From Pelomyxa schiedti (taxonomy: Eukaryota; Protista; Evosea), in contig JAHLWZ010000630.1 in assembly GCA_020536535.1 (NCBI GenBank), forward strand, positions 1-47,185: a DNA stretch of 47,185 nucleotides, written 5' to 3'. The notes under the pieces are model-generated. The model searched no databases. It saw only the letters and a list, made by a program, of their open reading frames with translations, and was not told the origin of the DNA. Shown in pieces: positions 1 through 11,099 of this stretch (positions are counted from its first letter, which is position 1; each line of letters starts with the position of its first letter). A program made the position numbers and the translations under genes.

Positions 1-407
1 TCTCTTGTGATTCCTCTGAGGCCCTGTCGTCACTGTCAGAGGAACTTTGGTCGCCACAACTGCTTGATTCGTTGCGATCATCATCAGGCACAACAAAGCT
101 ATCACTTTCCCCACCACTACTGCTGCTGTTAGAATCTGATTCCTCTGCCCGGCGATTAGAATTCCTGTGACCAACCAAAAGTCGCGTCTTTGATCCTGGC
201 CAAAAAATAAGTGCGAAAAGCGAGCTTAATAAACCAAAGCACACCAATCGCACCTTCATCATCATAATCAGCATCAACTCCCGCGTCTTCGGAATCGCGG
301 CTAGTCTCCCTCCTAAACATGTCGTCAGCGACTTGGCCGTTAAGTGCAATTAACGCGTTTCGCAGACAGACATACTCGAGAGCAACCGTAACAGTTGACG
401 AAGACAT
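1..407 (-). CDS. 5' part of a spliced gene with an acidic, Ser-rich N-terminus; runs off the window start
   Basis: ATG at 407 (MSSSTVTVALE). Two plausible GT-AG introns give ...DADYDDEGAI-GSKTRLLVGHRNSNRRAEESDSNSSSSGGESDSFVVPDDD..., open to position 1. Divergent from the SAM gene. No domain recognised. Confidence 0.45.
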
Positions 408-612
408 AGCAGCGGAGATGGGGATGGGCAGCGGCACCGGAAATGGAGCGTTGTTCGTTGAGGAGTTGTTTTTTAGCAGTAGTGACCAGTAGTACCGGTT
501 GTCCATTGTCTCATACAACCTCCTCAACGACGCCATCTCCGCCTCCATTTTCTTTTCTTTGTGGTTGTCATCTTTCGCCGAAAACCAACAACAACGAAAA
601 ACCAAGGCGGCG

Positions 613-1992
613 ATGGGGAACACCAATGAAACAGCACCACCTGCACGAGCGATCGCACCGGTGCCTAACGAACGACCTCAGGTGATGCCCACGGACCGGT
701 GCTGCCTGTGCTTCACGCCCCGCGTGGCACCCTACGCCCTCATGGTGGAGCTGCTGTTGCGCTGCGGCGGCGTGTCTTCGCTGCGCAGGCACGTCCTGCC
801 ATCCTCTCCCTCTACGTCGCCATCGTATCCCCTAATGGGAGGAGATGCAGATGTGGGGGGTGGTGTGGGGCAATTCGACTTTGCAGTTGCAGTTGCTGCA
901 GCTGATGACCAATACACTTACGAACACGCAAAGAGAATGGTTGGGCTGGGTGCACCAGAGCACATTGATAGTGGCACCAGGGGGCACAAACCGGTACGCC
1001 AGAAATTTGTCATTGTGTATTTGCTTGGAAATTGCCGCTGGCCGATACCTAAGGTGGACTGGATTGTCGCCGTGCGTGCCCTGACTGTGTATGACCTCAC
1101 GGATATCGTCGTGTACCGGGGTTGGATGCACTGTGTCGTGCTAAAGTTCAAAGATGTTCTGCTCCCCCCACACAACCAAGACCTGCCATTGGTTCCACTA
1201 GACAGGGAAGAGTGTTCAGCCGACTGGCGAGTATTTGGGAAACATACAGATTGGGATCGCAGTGTTGCAGGCTGGCATATCTGTTTTTTACTTGTAGCAC
1301 TGCACAGGATTCCTGGATTACACATTGACAATGTTCACTATCTCACGGACCTTCGCCACTGTCACTCCATTGGTTACCTAAAGACAATTGATAAATATCT
1401 TTCTGAATTTGGGTCACCATTACCTTGTCTGTCAGTGGACTTTGATGAATTGGATTTGGCCTGGATCCAAACACTGCACAAAGAAGAACTCCTTGTGTGT
1501 GACCCATATTCTCCATATGAAAAAGTACGAGATGCATTTGTTGACATCACTGAAGCATTTTATGTCTCCTTGGCCCTTAGCCTCCACCCACAGATGAAAG
1601 CCCAAGTTTTAAGGGTTTTAAGTTCCAAAATGGGAGACACCAAATTGCCAGCAACTTCTTTACCAACTTCTGCCATTGAAACCCAACAGACAATTGCTGA
1701 CATGACTTCAGAGTGTGCATCACTGTTTCAGATTAAAGCCGCCAATGTAGAGCAAGTATGTGCTTGGCTCAGACCTCTTGGTGTCACTGAAAACTCCCTA
1801 AGTATCATCACAACAAAACAGCTTGAGGGAAGCATACTTGTGAATTTCTCTGTGGAGCAGTTGTGTGATCTTGGCCTCACTGTTGGAGATGCTGAGCACA
1901 TTTCAGAACATGTTTTAGCTAATCTTATGTTGGAACCTCATCAAGAGCAAGAAGTACAATCTGATGCCAGGGAAAAGGGCAGTCACTTGTGA
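613..1992 (+). CDS. Intronless protein (459 aa from first ATG) with a C-terminal SAM domain
   Basis: Uninterrupted ORF 499..1992, first ATG at 613 (MGNTNET). The C-terminal segment NVEQVCAWLRPLGV...LEGSILVNFSVEQLCDLGLTVGDAEHI fits the sterile alpha motif pattern. Central region not recognised. Confidence 0.75.
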   Translation: MGNTNETAPPARAIAPVPNERPQVMPTDRCCLCFTPRVAPYALMVELLLRCGGVSSLRRHVLPSSPSTSPSYPLMGGDADVGGGVGQFDFAVAVAAADDQYTYEHAKRMVGLGAPEHIDSGTRGHKPVRQKFVIVYLLGNCRWPIPKVDWIVAVRALTVYDLTDIVVYRGWMHCVVLKFKDVLLPPHNQDLPLVPLDREECSADWRVFGKHTDWDRSVAGWHICFLLVALHRIPGLHIDNVHYLTDLRHCHSIGYLKTIDKYLSEFGSPLPCLSVDFDELDLAWIQTLHKEELLVCDPYSPYEKVRDAFVDITEAFYVSLALSLHPQMKAQVLRVLSSKMGDTKLPATSLPTSAIETQQTIADMTSECASLFQIKAANVEQVCAWLRPLGVTENSLSIITTKQLEGSILVNFSVEQLCDLGLTVGDAEHISEHVLANLMLEPHQEQEVQSDAREKGSHL

Positions 1993-3951
1993 GTAGTAGA
2001 AACATGCCCTGCAGGGTGCTGCCACCAGTGATGGTTGAATCAGGAGGTAGTGAAGTGTGACTCAGTGGGCACATCAGTACCATTTTTTGAAATCACACTC
2101 TTTTTCACTGTGGTTGCTTTCTGAAAAAGTCACTTCACTTCAGACCATTTAAATTTTACTGTATTCTTTTTGTGATGTTGTTCCCACACCACCAAAACAT
2201 GGCTTCCTTTGTCTTATGATGAGCTTGTGGTGGTGCTCACAGTGGCGGTGGTGCTTGTGGTGGTGACAATGGTGGTAGAACAAGCCATAAACTTGCATCT
2301 CATCCTTGGCTGAAGGGTAAAGCTTCTACCCACCTTCTGTAAATCAGGTAAAGGTTCATCAGTCTCCTTAAGGACTTGGTCCAGACCAAAAGCATGCCCA
2401 TTGTGTTGTTGAAGGACAGTACTATCAGTTGTACTGTCTGAATCCGGTCTCTTCTTCCATCCGGCTGAACGAAAGCGGTTATGCTGGTTTCGGACTCAGT
2501 CAGTGGGTCTGAAAAAACGAATTTGAAGGGCAGGTGGTATGTTGGTGGTGCCATTGGCTGTGTGGTGAGTCAGTGCAACAACAACAAATGGGATAATCAG
2601 GATATGAACATATTTTAGTTGTTTAAAATTTGAAGTTACACTCTGAAATTGAGAAACCTGTACTCATTGTGCTGTGGGAAGCAGGAATTGATCTCAGAAC
2701 AAAAAAAGTTCACTGTGCAAGACATGAGAGATTGACTTATATCTGAGCAAATGCCTTCAGAGGGCCTCTGACCAGAGCTGATTGAAAGAATAAGAAAATG
2801 TGGTTTTGTTTTATTCACTTTTACCCTCCACAGACGGGGTTCAATCCCGGCCAAACCAATTTTTTTTTAAATTTTCCTATATATATGGTGAGTGCATGTT
2901 GTTGGCCACAGTCTGTCACACACCACAATTGTCCAAAGTAGGGCAGCAAAATGCTTGTAGACCTGTGGTGTCACAACACCCCTGCATTGTGGAAACACCA
3001 AGCTTTGATGTAACACTTCATTTCCCCCAGTGTCCACACCAATTCAATGTAATCCAACAACAGGGCACCACCAATTAGCTGCAGGTGCCCCACAGCTTGC
3101 CAACCAAAAAGGAGCAGGATGCTGTGGGGCACCTGCAGCTAATTGGTTGTGATTTAAGCTCCTGCCAACCTAGTCAGGCTTTTGCCAATGAATCAGGTTT
3201 ACAGAACCCAGGAAATAACACCCAAAAAGCACAAAATTACAGTCAAATTGCGACTCTGTGGTTGATATTGTGTAAAAATCCTTGCTATTTTTGTTCGTTA
3301 GTACAAGACCTAGCCCCAGTGATAAATAAATGTAAGTTACTAAGGCACTCATGCCCAATCAAATGTGGCTCTACACACTGTCTTTCCTAAGACTTCATTT
3401 AAGCAAGACTAGAAAAAAATGAGAGGTTCTACCATAATAACCGAGAAGAAGAAAAAACAACAAATAAACGAGAAGAAACAAAAACAAGGAAACCTTTAAA
3501 CTTGTAACTATGTAAAGCAAACCCCTGCAACTTGTTGACCAAGTACATATCTTGCTCCAACTTGCGTTTTGAATGAAGCTTCTCCCTTGCCTGCTGTATT
3601 TCCACCAAACTGAATGCGATCACACAATTGTGAGAACAGTGTCAGTGGTGACCCACTGGTTGCCATAACTGCAGGGCACACCCGGAGCAAGTTTTGTTTC
3701 TGGTTAGTTTTAGTGTAAAGAAAGTGAGTAGGCAGTCAATTACATTCACAGAATAATAATAATAATAAAAGCAGGGAAAATGCCAAAGCCACACGCAATT
3801 CAGATACACTGTATCAATATCAAATAAAACTAGAAAACCGTGCATATAAACAAGAAAAGTAACACAACACAAAACACAAAAACAAAATGAAACCAATGGA
3901 AGGCGACAGTTCACGGAACAGATCCAATCACTCTCAGAGCACAAGACATCA

Positions 3952-5536
3952 ATGGAGTCTCTGACGGTGTATCGCGGTGCCATGCAGGAGGTGTGTTGTT
4001 TGTGTTTTGCTAATTAAAAATGGAAAAATGTGGTGAAAACAACAAAGTGTTTGACCGGCACCGGTCAGAGAACCAATAGTGGAAGTGATACCCACTTTTG
4101 CAAAACAACCCCCATGCCCGCTGTGGTGGTGCTGGCCGGCGCCGGTCAGAAACAAAATGAAGAATGGGTGGTTAAATCAAAGATTTATGGTGTTTCTCAC
4201 TTTTCATAAGCAAATCTCAGACTCACTCACCCAGAGTACCTCTCTATTGAGGAACAATCACTTGATGAGATGAATTTGCACCAGAATGGGCAATGGTCCT
4301 CTACGACCTGCACAAGCACGACCTCAAGTTCATCTCTTACAACCTCTTCCTGCTTCAAGTGCCGCATCTCTACACCTCTTGACACAGCCTCCTCCAGCTG
4401 TTGAAAGTCAGAAAACATAGATTGAAGAGGAAGATAAAAAACCCAAGCTACATGCAGAAACAGATCCACTGTGGTTTTTCTTTATCTGTGGTTTTGCATG
4501 TATCTTACTCATCTTAGAACAATTCCAGAATTTGTGGTGGTGTGCGAGCTTTACCTTCTACTGCTTTGAAACCAAACCACAATGAGACAGATGACTTTAA
4601 CATCGCTCACTTCAAACAAACTATCTCTCGGAAGATGCTCAGGCAGGCTGGACGGGATCAGGAATCAAGTGATGTTATGAAGCTTTCTGAAGCAATTACT
4701 GCGGGATTACTTGATGGTGATCTGCGCACTGATGTCACTGGCTTTCCCACACAATATCAGCTTGGTATAGTTGGCTATGCTGTGATGGATGGTGTAATTA
4801 CTGCAAAATTTTACCACTCATTGCCGAAGTGAAGAGGGTAGCTTTCTCTGTAAAGCCTTGTTTAACTTGTTCACAAGGCAAAAGCAAATGAAGATTGGGA
4901 AAAGAATATCCTTTGGAACTATAACTCAATGGTTTACGGAAAGGTCTCAAACCTGCCCTTTTGTAATGCAGTCTGACTTTGTATCCAGCAGGGTTACTCT
5001 GAAGGCCTGGTGTCTTTGGATGCCTTCTTGGGCCAATGTGTGTTTACTTTGGAGGAATGTCACACAATGAAGTTGGCTGATGCAGTACAGAAGGAAAAAT
5101 GTGCTGCTGAGCTTTGTTTCCTGACGCCCTCTCTCCATGGGCACAACTTCACATCTGGTGGGACTTTAGAGCAGTTAACAACAAATGGATGTGATTTGCT
5201 TTTACTTTCTATTGATCTCTATGAGGTTTATTTGTGATGATTTCTACTCAAGAGGATTGGGATTGAGTATTTCAAATGCCAACTCCAGGACTACAGCTTT
5301 TGAAGCCAAACATTGTCTTGATAGCCTCCAAGAATCTCAAAATTCCTGCTGGTGGCCCATGTAAAAAGGGTACACAAGTTGCTGTAATGCAGTTCTACTG
5401 CCGTGATGGTCTGCAACAGCATTTTCACATTCTTGAGGCCTTCAAGGGGAACACTCTCAAAGTGGATGTGGATCAGCGGCTTGTCCATTATCTCCCAGCA
5501 GCCTCCCCTATTGAGCCAATGCTGCGTCTGAATTAA
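3952..5536 (+). pseudogene. Frameshifted spliced pseudogene of unknown family (includes repeat A)
   Basis: ATG exon MESLTVYRGAMQE|GT at 3952, then coding-like pieces (PEWAMVLYDLHKHDLKFISY; FVVVRALPSTALKP...; MPTPGLQLLKP...) in shifting frames. A second copy at 45766-46511 has different indels. Confidence 0.5.
4531..5530 (+). repeat. Dispersed repeat A, copy 1
   Basis: Near-identical to 45766-46511 apart from scattered substitutions and indels. About 233 bp (~4982-5214) is missing from copy 2, with TTG microhomology at the junction. Confidence 0.95.
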
Positions 5537-6689
5537 TTTACACACAATTAAAACTGCAATTCAAACCATAATGGCTTCAAATATTCGTGTTAATCTGCTT
5601 GAAAGTAATAATTCATTCACGATTGTGCTTCACTTTTTACCAAGCAGATATCTTGTTGTGAGTTGAACTCACAGTTGCCGCCCTGTTATTGCCCATGAGA
5701 AATGACGGCATTTCTTATGCCTTGGGTGGATCATGGGGCATACAGGAGCGAGGCGTGTCCCTGTGGCAGAACCCAGCCTTGCACTTTTGCTGGACTGTCA
5801 CGCTCTTATTTATTCTCATTGAGACCTCACACATCTTTGCCCTGCAAGACGTAAATACTTCCAAAAATGGAGAAGTGCGCACATATCCTTGCAGAGGACC
5901 AAGCAGCTCCCCCATATTGTATCATAAATTCGGGCAAAAAGTATGGGAGTTCATGAATGCTGGACATTCATATTGCTTCCGAGGTCACCCTGTTATCTGT
6001 GGGGACACAGTAAACAGGGAGAAAACGAAAGGTCACCCAACCAAATGAAATAGTTGCCCATGAGAGAAATAAACCCAAAGTAATCAAAAGCAAGCCTTCA
6101 GAGTGTTCTTTTCAAAGTGAGGAAGGCTACAATATGGATAACTACCTTTTTGAGAACTTGGAGACAGCTTTATATTGCTGGCACTGCCTACGAGCTCTTA
6201 CAGGCAGAGAGTAGTAATACACATGATAGGCTATTCCAATGCTCTGAGGAGACAAGCTGTCTCAACGAATTTCGGGATTACCCCAAGGCAGAAACAATCA
6301 ATGATCCTAGTGAGCCATAAGGGTCAAGAGTTTGGCGCAATCAAGAGTGAGTTGTTACCTGCTTGAGCATAGCGAGATTTCAAGCAACAAGGATCAAATA
6401 AGTAATGGGCCACACCTAAGAGAATAACAAGACCCAGTCTCATGACGAGGAATGAAGATAAACCAGCAGGAAGGGGGCAAGAAGTTCCTGAATCCAGAGA
6501 TGGAGGCACTTGAAAGCGCCAATTCTGAGCAGGAAATTAGAAATTGCAGCATGAGAGGGGATGAAAACCCAAGTGTAGATCCGGCAGCAAGCAAGGAGAG
6601 GTTCCGGACAGAAGCAGAGTACGTGGAGGTGACGTATACTGGCATGATATGGGATGCAGAAACTGTGCAGAGATCGACCCACAAGCTTT

Positions 6690-9199
6690 GAGAATCACCT
6701 GCGTTAAGTAAGGATCTGAAAGGCTGAGAATAGGAGTACCTGAGGGTTCCAATTTGGCTGAGTATTCATACTGGAATACAGAAATAGATCATGAATGACT
6801 TTGGACTATGTCAGGCAAAAGAATGTGAGGACACCACATACTTTCATGCACCAAAAGAGCTTTGGCATTTGGCACATCTCTAGCACCGCTATCTATGGAG
6901 CAACTGGCGCAGCAATACTTGCAGCAAACCAGTATCTGCGTGCCACTATTCATATCATCTGGAGGCACCAGAATCCTTTGATGAAGTTAGTACGGCGTTT
7001 CAATTGAGAATGGTGTTACCCTGCACAACACGGGAGGGAATACAACATGAATAAGCCGTTGTAATTCTGATGCCAAGTCAGCAGGAAGCATAGGCATCAA
7101 CACAAGAAAGGCACAGCATAAAGCTGGAATATTTAGTGGCAGAGGAAACGCAAAAGCACCAGAAAGGCAGCAATACAGCCAGACAAGAACACCAGCCTCG
7201 AATTAGTGTGGAAAGCAAGAAATTACTCAGCATTCTGGCAGTTTTCAAACCGGACTTACTACTTGAGTTAGAAGCAAGCTATGAGGAGCTAGACATACCA
7301 GAGTTGCCAAGCAGCATCAACCTAGCAACGCGAGCATTGAGAGTAATTCAGCACTGCAATTAGGACCGCCATAAGCAAGAATAGTGGGACAAGGTATCAC
7401 AGTGATCACTGGAACAAAGCTCAAGACTTTGCGATGTGCAAGTGAGACTAATATGCACTCCTTTTCAAAAGGGAAAAGCAAATGCACAGCTCAACAGTAA
7501 TGCTGCAACGCAGACACTGTTTAATTAATTCAGGCAGAATTAGCAGCACACAAGTAGAATTGCAGAAGTGGAAGCCTTGCTCTCAACACCTATAATCGGC
7601 TTAGAATTCAATGCAACCCAATTCAGCATACTTTCTGGAAGAAGTCAAAGCTGCAGTCAGAGTGGGGATAGCGTAATCTGTCAGGAAGGTACAGCACATG
7701 GAAAGAGAAGCAGTAGATATTGACATTCAGGGAGTTTTTGCCAAGCTTAGAGCCCAGCACTGAGTAGTACTACGCAAAGCGGCAGGACTCTTTTACAACC
7801 TAAAACAGAATTAGAATTTGAATATCGTGAGAAATAAACCTGAATTATTTGGAACATCGTAGTAAAGACCTGCAGAGAAGCACAGCCCAGTGTAATAGGC
7901 AGCAGACACATCTGGAAATTTCGGATTTGCAGAAAAGGGCATGGCAACGGCAGTAATGATGACTTCTCACAACAGGGAGAGCCCTAACCTGCTAGCCACA
8001 ACTGCAATCCAGGAACTGCTTTGTACAATTCTAAGTTGGGTGGAGAGTCAGCAAAACGCAGGAAATACCTTCAGGTTGGAGGGATCTGTGGTGAGCAGCT
8101 AGGCATCTACTGTAGTGATATTGGACTACTGGAGCACTGAAAACGAATCTGACATGCAAGGCATCATCAACAGCGATTATTGGCAAGAAGGAGGGAGTGC
8201 AAGCAGAAAACGCAAATTTCCTGCAATTCGAACAGAATCCTGTATAGGGATGCCACAAATACTGCGCTAGAAGGAATCTGAGAGACGTAGGAGAAGTGGC
8301 AGACACACTTGGAGATACACAAAGCACAGCAAGCAGCACGAAGGACTCAGTATTCTATTCAAGCTGGACATAGTTTTTTGGAACAGCATTCAACGCTAAT
8401 GGTCCTGCAGAGCCAGTACAGATATGAAGGAACCTTTGTGTGGTGTTAGCAGTGTTGGAGGGAAAGCACAAGTTACCAGCAGCACTGAATCGAAGCAACA
8501 TTGTGGGGAATAGGAGTCCTACAAGGTACGAAACTTTCAGCTGAGGCAGGAGTCATGCATCACTGACATTGCCACGAATACCAAGACAGAGGTGAGATGA
8601 GAACCAATGGCATTGCAAGCATTGATAAATCGTTACTACGAAGCCTTGCAAATATCTCTGAATTCAGAGTTGGAACAGGAAAATATTCTGAGTACAAACC
8701 ACAACGAGAAAGGCAAGGAAGCAACCCAGTAAATGGAATCAATACTCTTCTCTGTGGCTATACATAAAGACCTGATTACTATTAGAAATAACCATGCAAA
8801 CACGAATTTGCAGGGATACTTGAGTTGGGTGTGTGGGCAAGCCAGTGGAACTTCCAAACCCAGAAAGAGGTTGACCCTGGGTCACTGTTAAAAGCGAGAT
8901 TATACCAAGGGGACAGCATACCCAATCAATTCATCTTAGCGAGTGGCAGATGGGAAATCCATCCTGAGTACAACTGTGCAACTGGAGATTCACAAGTGAA
9001 AATTCTTTGTCCTTTTTTCTTGCTAGAACAGTACCAAACATCTGAATGGTTAGTATTGAGACCCGAATCAAACTACAGACCACACCTACAGTATGGCTGA
9101 TGTGGCACAAATAAAACTTTCCAGTTCAAATTCAAACTCGCGGCAAAGACCACACCTAGTAGCGCTTATGGTTACGATGCTATCTAACTTTGGGGGGAA

Positions 9200-9225
<26 letters not shown>
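6690..9225 (+). mobile_element. Highly degenerate non-LTR (LINE-like, APE+RT) retrotransposon relic
   Basis: RT-like motifs occur in the expected order across frameshifts: EIPSGWR (~8060), KASSTAII..AENANFLQFEQ (~8160-8235), ILFKLDI..AFN (~8352-8395), GVLQGTKLS (8513-8539), LQALINRYYEALQISLN (~8610-8665) and thumb-like KARLYQG (from 8891). Weak APE-like remnants lie upstream (GAAILA ~6905; frameshifted GDFN ~6995). The strand is A-rich, with an A28 tract at 9198-9225. Confidence 0.6.
6947..7385 (+). repeat. Diverged repeat C, copy 1 (inside the LINE relic)
   Basis: Shares TATTCATATCATCTGGAGGCACCAGAATC and TAGGACCGCCAT(A/G)AGCAAGAATA with 12232-12675, colinear between these anchors. Confidence 0.8.
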
Positions 9226-9230
<5 letters not shown>

Positions 9231-10004
9231 CACTGGATCGCCGCTTCACTGGCGGGATCAACGCACTTGCGGCAGCAAAAACGCAGCCTCGCTGAGCTCT
9301 TACTGCTCCTACTTTACTTTTCACACCAAGAGCGATCGGCCACGAACCCGGCCGAGTTCATACATGCTCACAAACTACGGCATCATGATCCCGACCGTTT
9401 ACACTTCACCGGACTACCGCCGCGATCCAATCCGTGTCGTCGGCTACGCACCACTGACTGCGCATTTTTTGACTATGTATTATTATGTGAACTCTTGTGA
9501 TTGGAACACACATTCGTGCTGAAGAGGAGGGGGAACGTGTGTACTTTATCAAGTACACGAGCTTTAGCTCTATGGACACCCTGCGGACTCTGTACGAATC
9601 CCGACTCTCGAGATCCAATGCGGGCTTGATGGAATTACTGGAATAAGGCAGCGACGATCTTATGAGACGCAGAACGCACTAATGCGGACTGCAGCGGTGA
9701 TTGATTCTAAGGTAATCTTGACTGAGAATTGGACAACAGTGTGGCTTCGAAGCTAACCGCACCTAACCGCACCAAAATTAATTATCCTTTTCACACGTGC
9801 ATACCATGCACGAGAACAAGCAAGAGAACCTTTACACTCACACTCTCTTTCGTTCTTTTTCCTCTGTGGGGCTTTATTCTCTTCCCACAGAAGCTAACAC
9901 ACTTTGTCCAAAGTGTGCACTAGCTCAGCAATTGGGAGGCTCACTTTGGTTCTGATTTTGAAATTGGAAGATTGATAATTTATTTTTTTTTCCCCTTACA
10001 CCTG

Positions 10005-10084
10005 TGTGGTTGTGTGGTTGCATGGTTGTGTGGTTGTGTGGTTGCATGGTTGTGTGGTTGCGTGGTTGCGTGGTTGTGTGGTTG
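10005..10084. repeat. Tandem octamer array, 10 x NNTGGTTG
   Basis: Ten exact 8-bp units; NN = TG (6), CA (2), CG (2). Confidence 0.95.
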
Positions 10085-10171
10085 CTAGCTGGTGGTCCAC
10101 AGAGAGGCTGTCACAGTTGTACTCTACAAAATAATTAAAATAAAATAAGATATGCGGAAAGAACAAACCTG

Positions 10172-10972
10172 CAGGCAGACTCTCTTGCTCTTTGGCAAAG
10201 GTGCATACATCAAATAATTGTCATGTGAACCTGTGTGGATGTTAGAAGCAGAAAGCCAATAAAAAGGACAAACCAAGTTTGCGGCCAACTTGCGGCAGTC
10301 TTGAACATAATAGCAGCTTGTCAATCTGTGCCTTGGTTAGCTGGGGGAAAAAAAAGGGAGAAGGACATACTGGAGTCGGCAACTGGGATCCAGGCAGACT
10401 CTCTTGCTCTTTGCAAGGGACAAAAGCACATATATCAAATAATGGTTGCCTGTTGTCATGTGAACCTGTGTGAATGTTAGAAACAGAAAGCCAATAAATG
10501 GGACAAACTGGCAAACTCGCTGAAGTCATGAACTTAACAGCAGCTTGTTACAAAATCTATGCATTGGTTAGCTGGGGAAAAAAAAAGGGAGAAGGGGATA
10601 CCAGAATCGGCAACTGGAATCCTTTAGCCGTTCTGCACTGGCTTGTCAGGTTAGTTGGAAAAAGAGGAGTAAGTTGAGGGCACACCCAAGAGGAGAGCCG
10701 CCAAAAAGGAAAGTAGCCCTGATGTGCAAGGATGTCAAGATTTAGCACGGGAGCTTGGTGGAACTGCCGATCCAATTCAACCAAGCTGTTCAGTAGTTAA
10801 CGGGAAAAAGGGGGAAAAGGTAAAAAGGGGGAAAAGGGAAGTGCACCACACTGCGATCAGCCATAAAGGGTGACCGCTGGTCCAATTTCAACCAAGCTAC
10901 TTGGACCCACCCTGACGAGCTTCCGATTTGGAACAGGGTGATCCCAATCTGTGGCTCTCCAAATTGCTCAAA
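10172..10972 (+). repeat. Dispersed repeat B, copy 1, with an internal ~220-230 bp tandem duplication
   Basis: 10277-10972 matches 44723-45665. CAGGCAGACTCTCTTGCTCTTT recurs at 10172 and 10391, and TTGGTTAGCTGGGG at ~10333 and ~10564. Contains polypurine tracts. Confidence 0.95.
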
Positions 10973-11099
10973 GTGTAACCACTGTGGGGCTTTTCTCCCA
11001 AAGTGGGCCTATTTACTGGAGGGTGGGAACACTTTGACTTTAGGGTGTGTACCAGCACTACATGATCCTGAGATGATCCTGAGATCACATCTTGCACTC

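Noticed and set aside
156-626. 156-aa minus-strand ORF as an unspliced gene
   Set aside because: It overlaps the SAM gene start and reads through apparent introns. A spliced model from ATG 407 fits better.
613-720. N-myristoylation/palmitoylation signal (MGNTNE..., CCLC)
   Set aside because: Position 6 is Glu rather than Ser/Thr, so the signal is too weak to call.
2300-2554. 84-aa minus-strand ORF followed by a Thr-rich tract
   Set aside because: In-frame stops follow and no motif is recognisable. It may be a pseudogene fragment, but this cannot be supported.
5820-5855. HIFALQDV as the APE endonuclease LQET motif of the LINE
   Set aside because: It is too far (~1.1 kb) from the other APE-like remnants and could be chance.
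9898-9923. Hairpin followed by CTAG as a Helitron 3' end
   Set aside because: The hairpin is only 2 nt from CTAG rather than about 10, and homology with the second copy continues past CTAG.
10005-10084. Telomeric repeat or CRISPR array
   Set aside because: There are no spacers and no cas genes, the context is eukaryotic, and the array is short and interstitial. A telomeric origin cannot be supported from this window.
10172-10972. Repeats A and B as LTRs of one retrotransposon
   Set aside because: No TG...CA termini, primer-binding site, integrase or protease is evident, and the DNA between copies consists of housekeeping genes.
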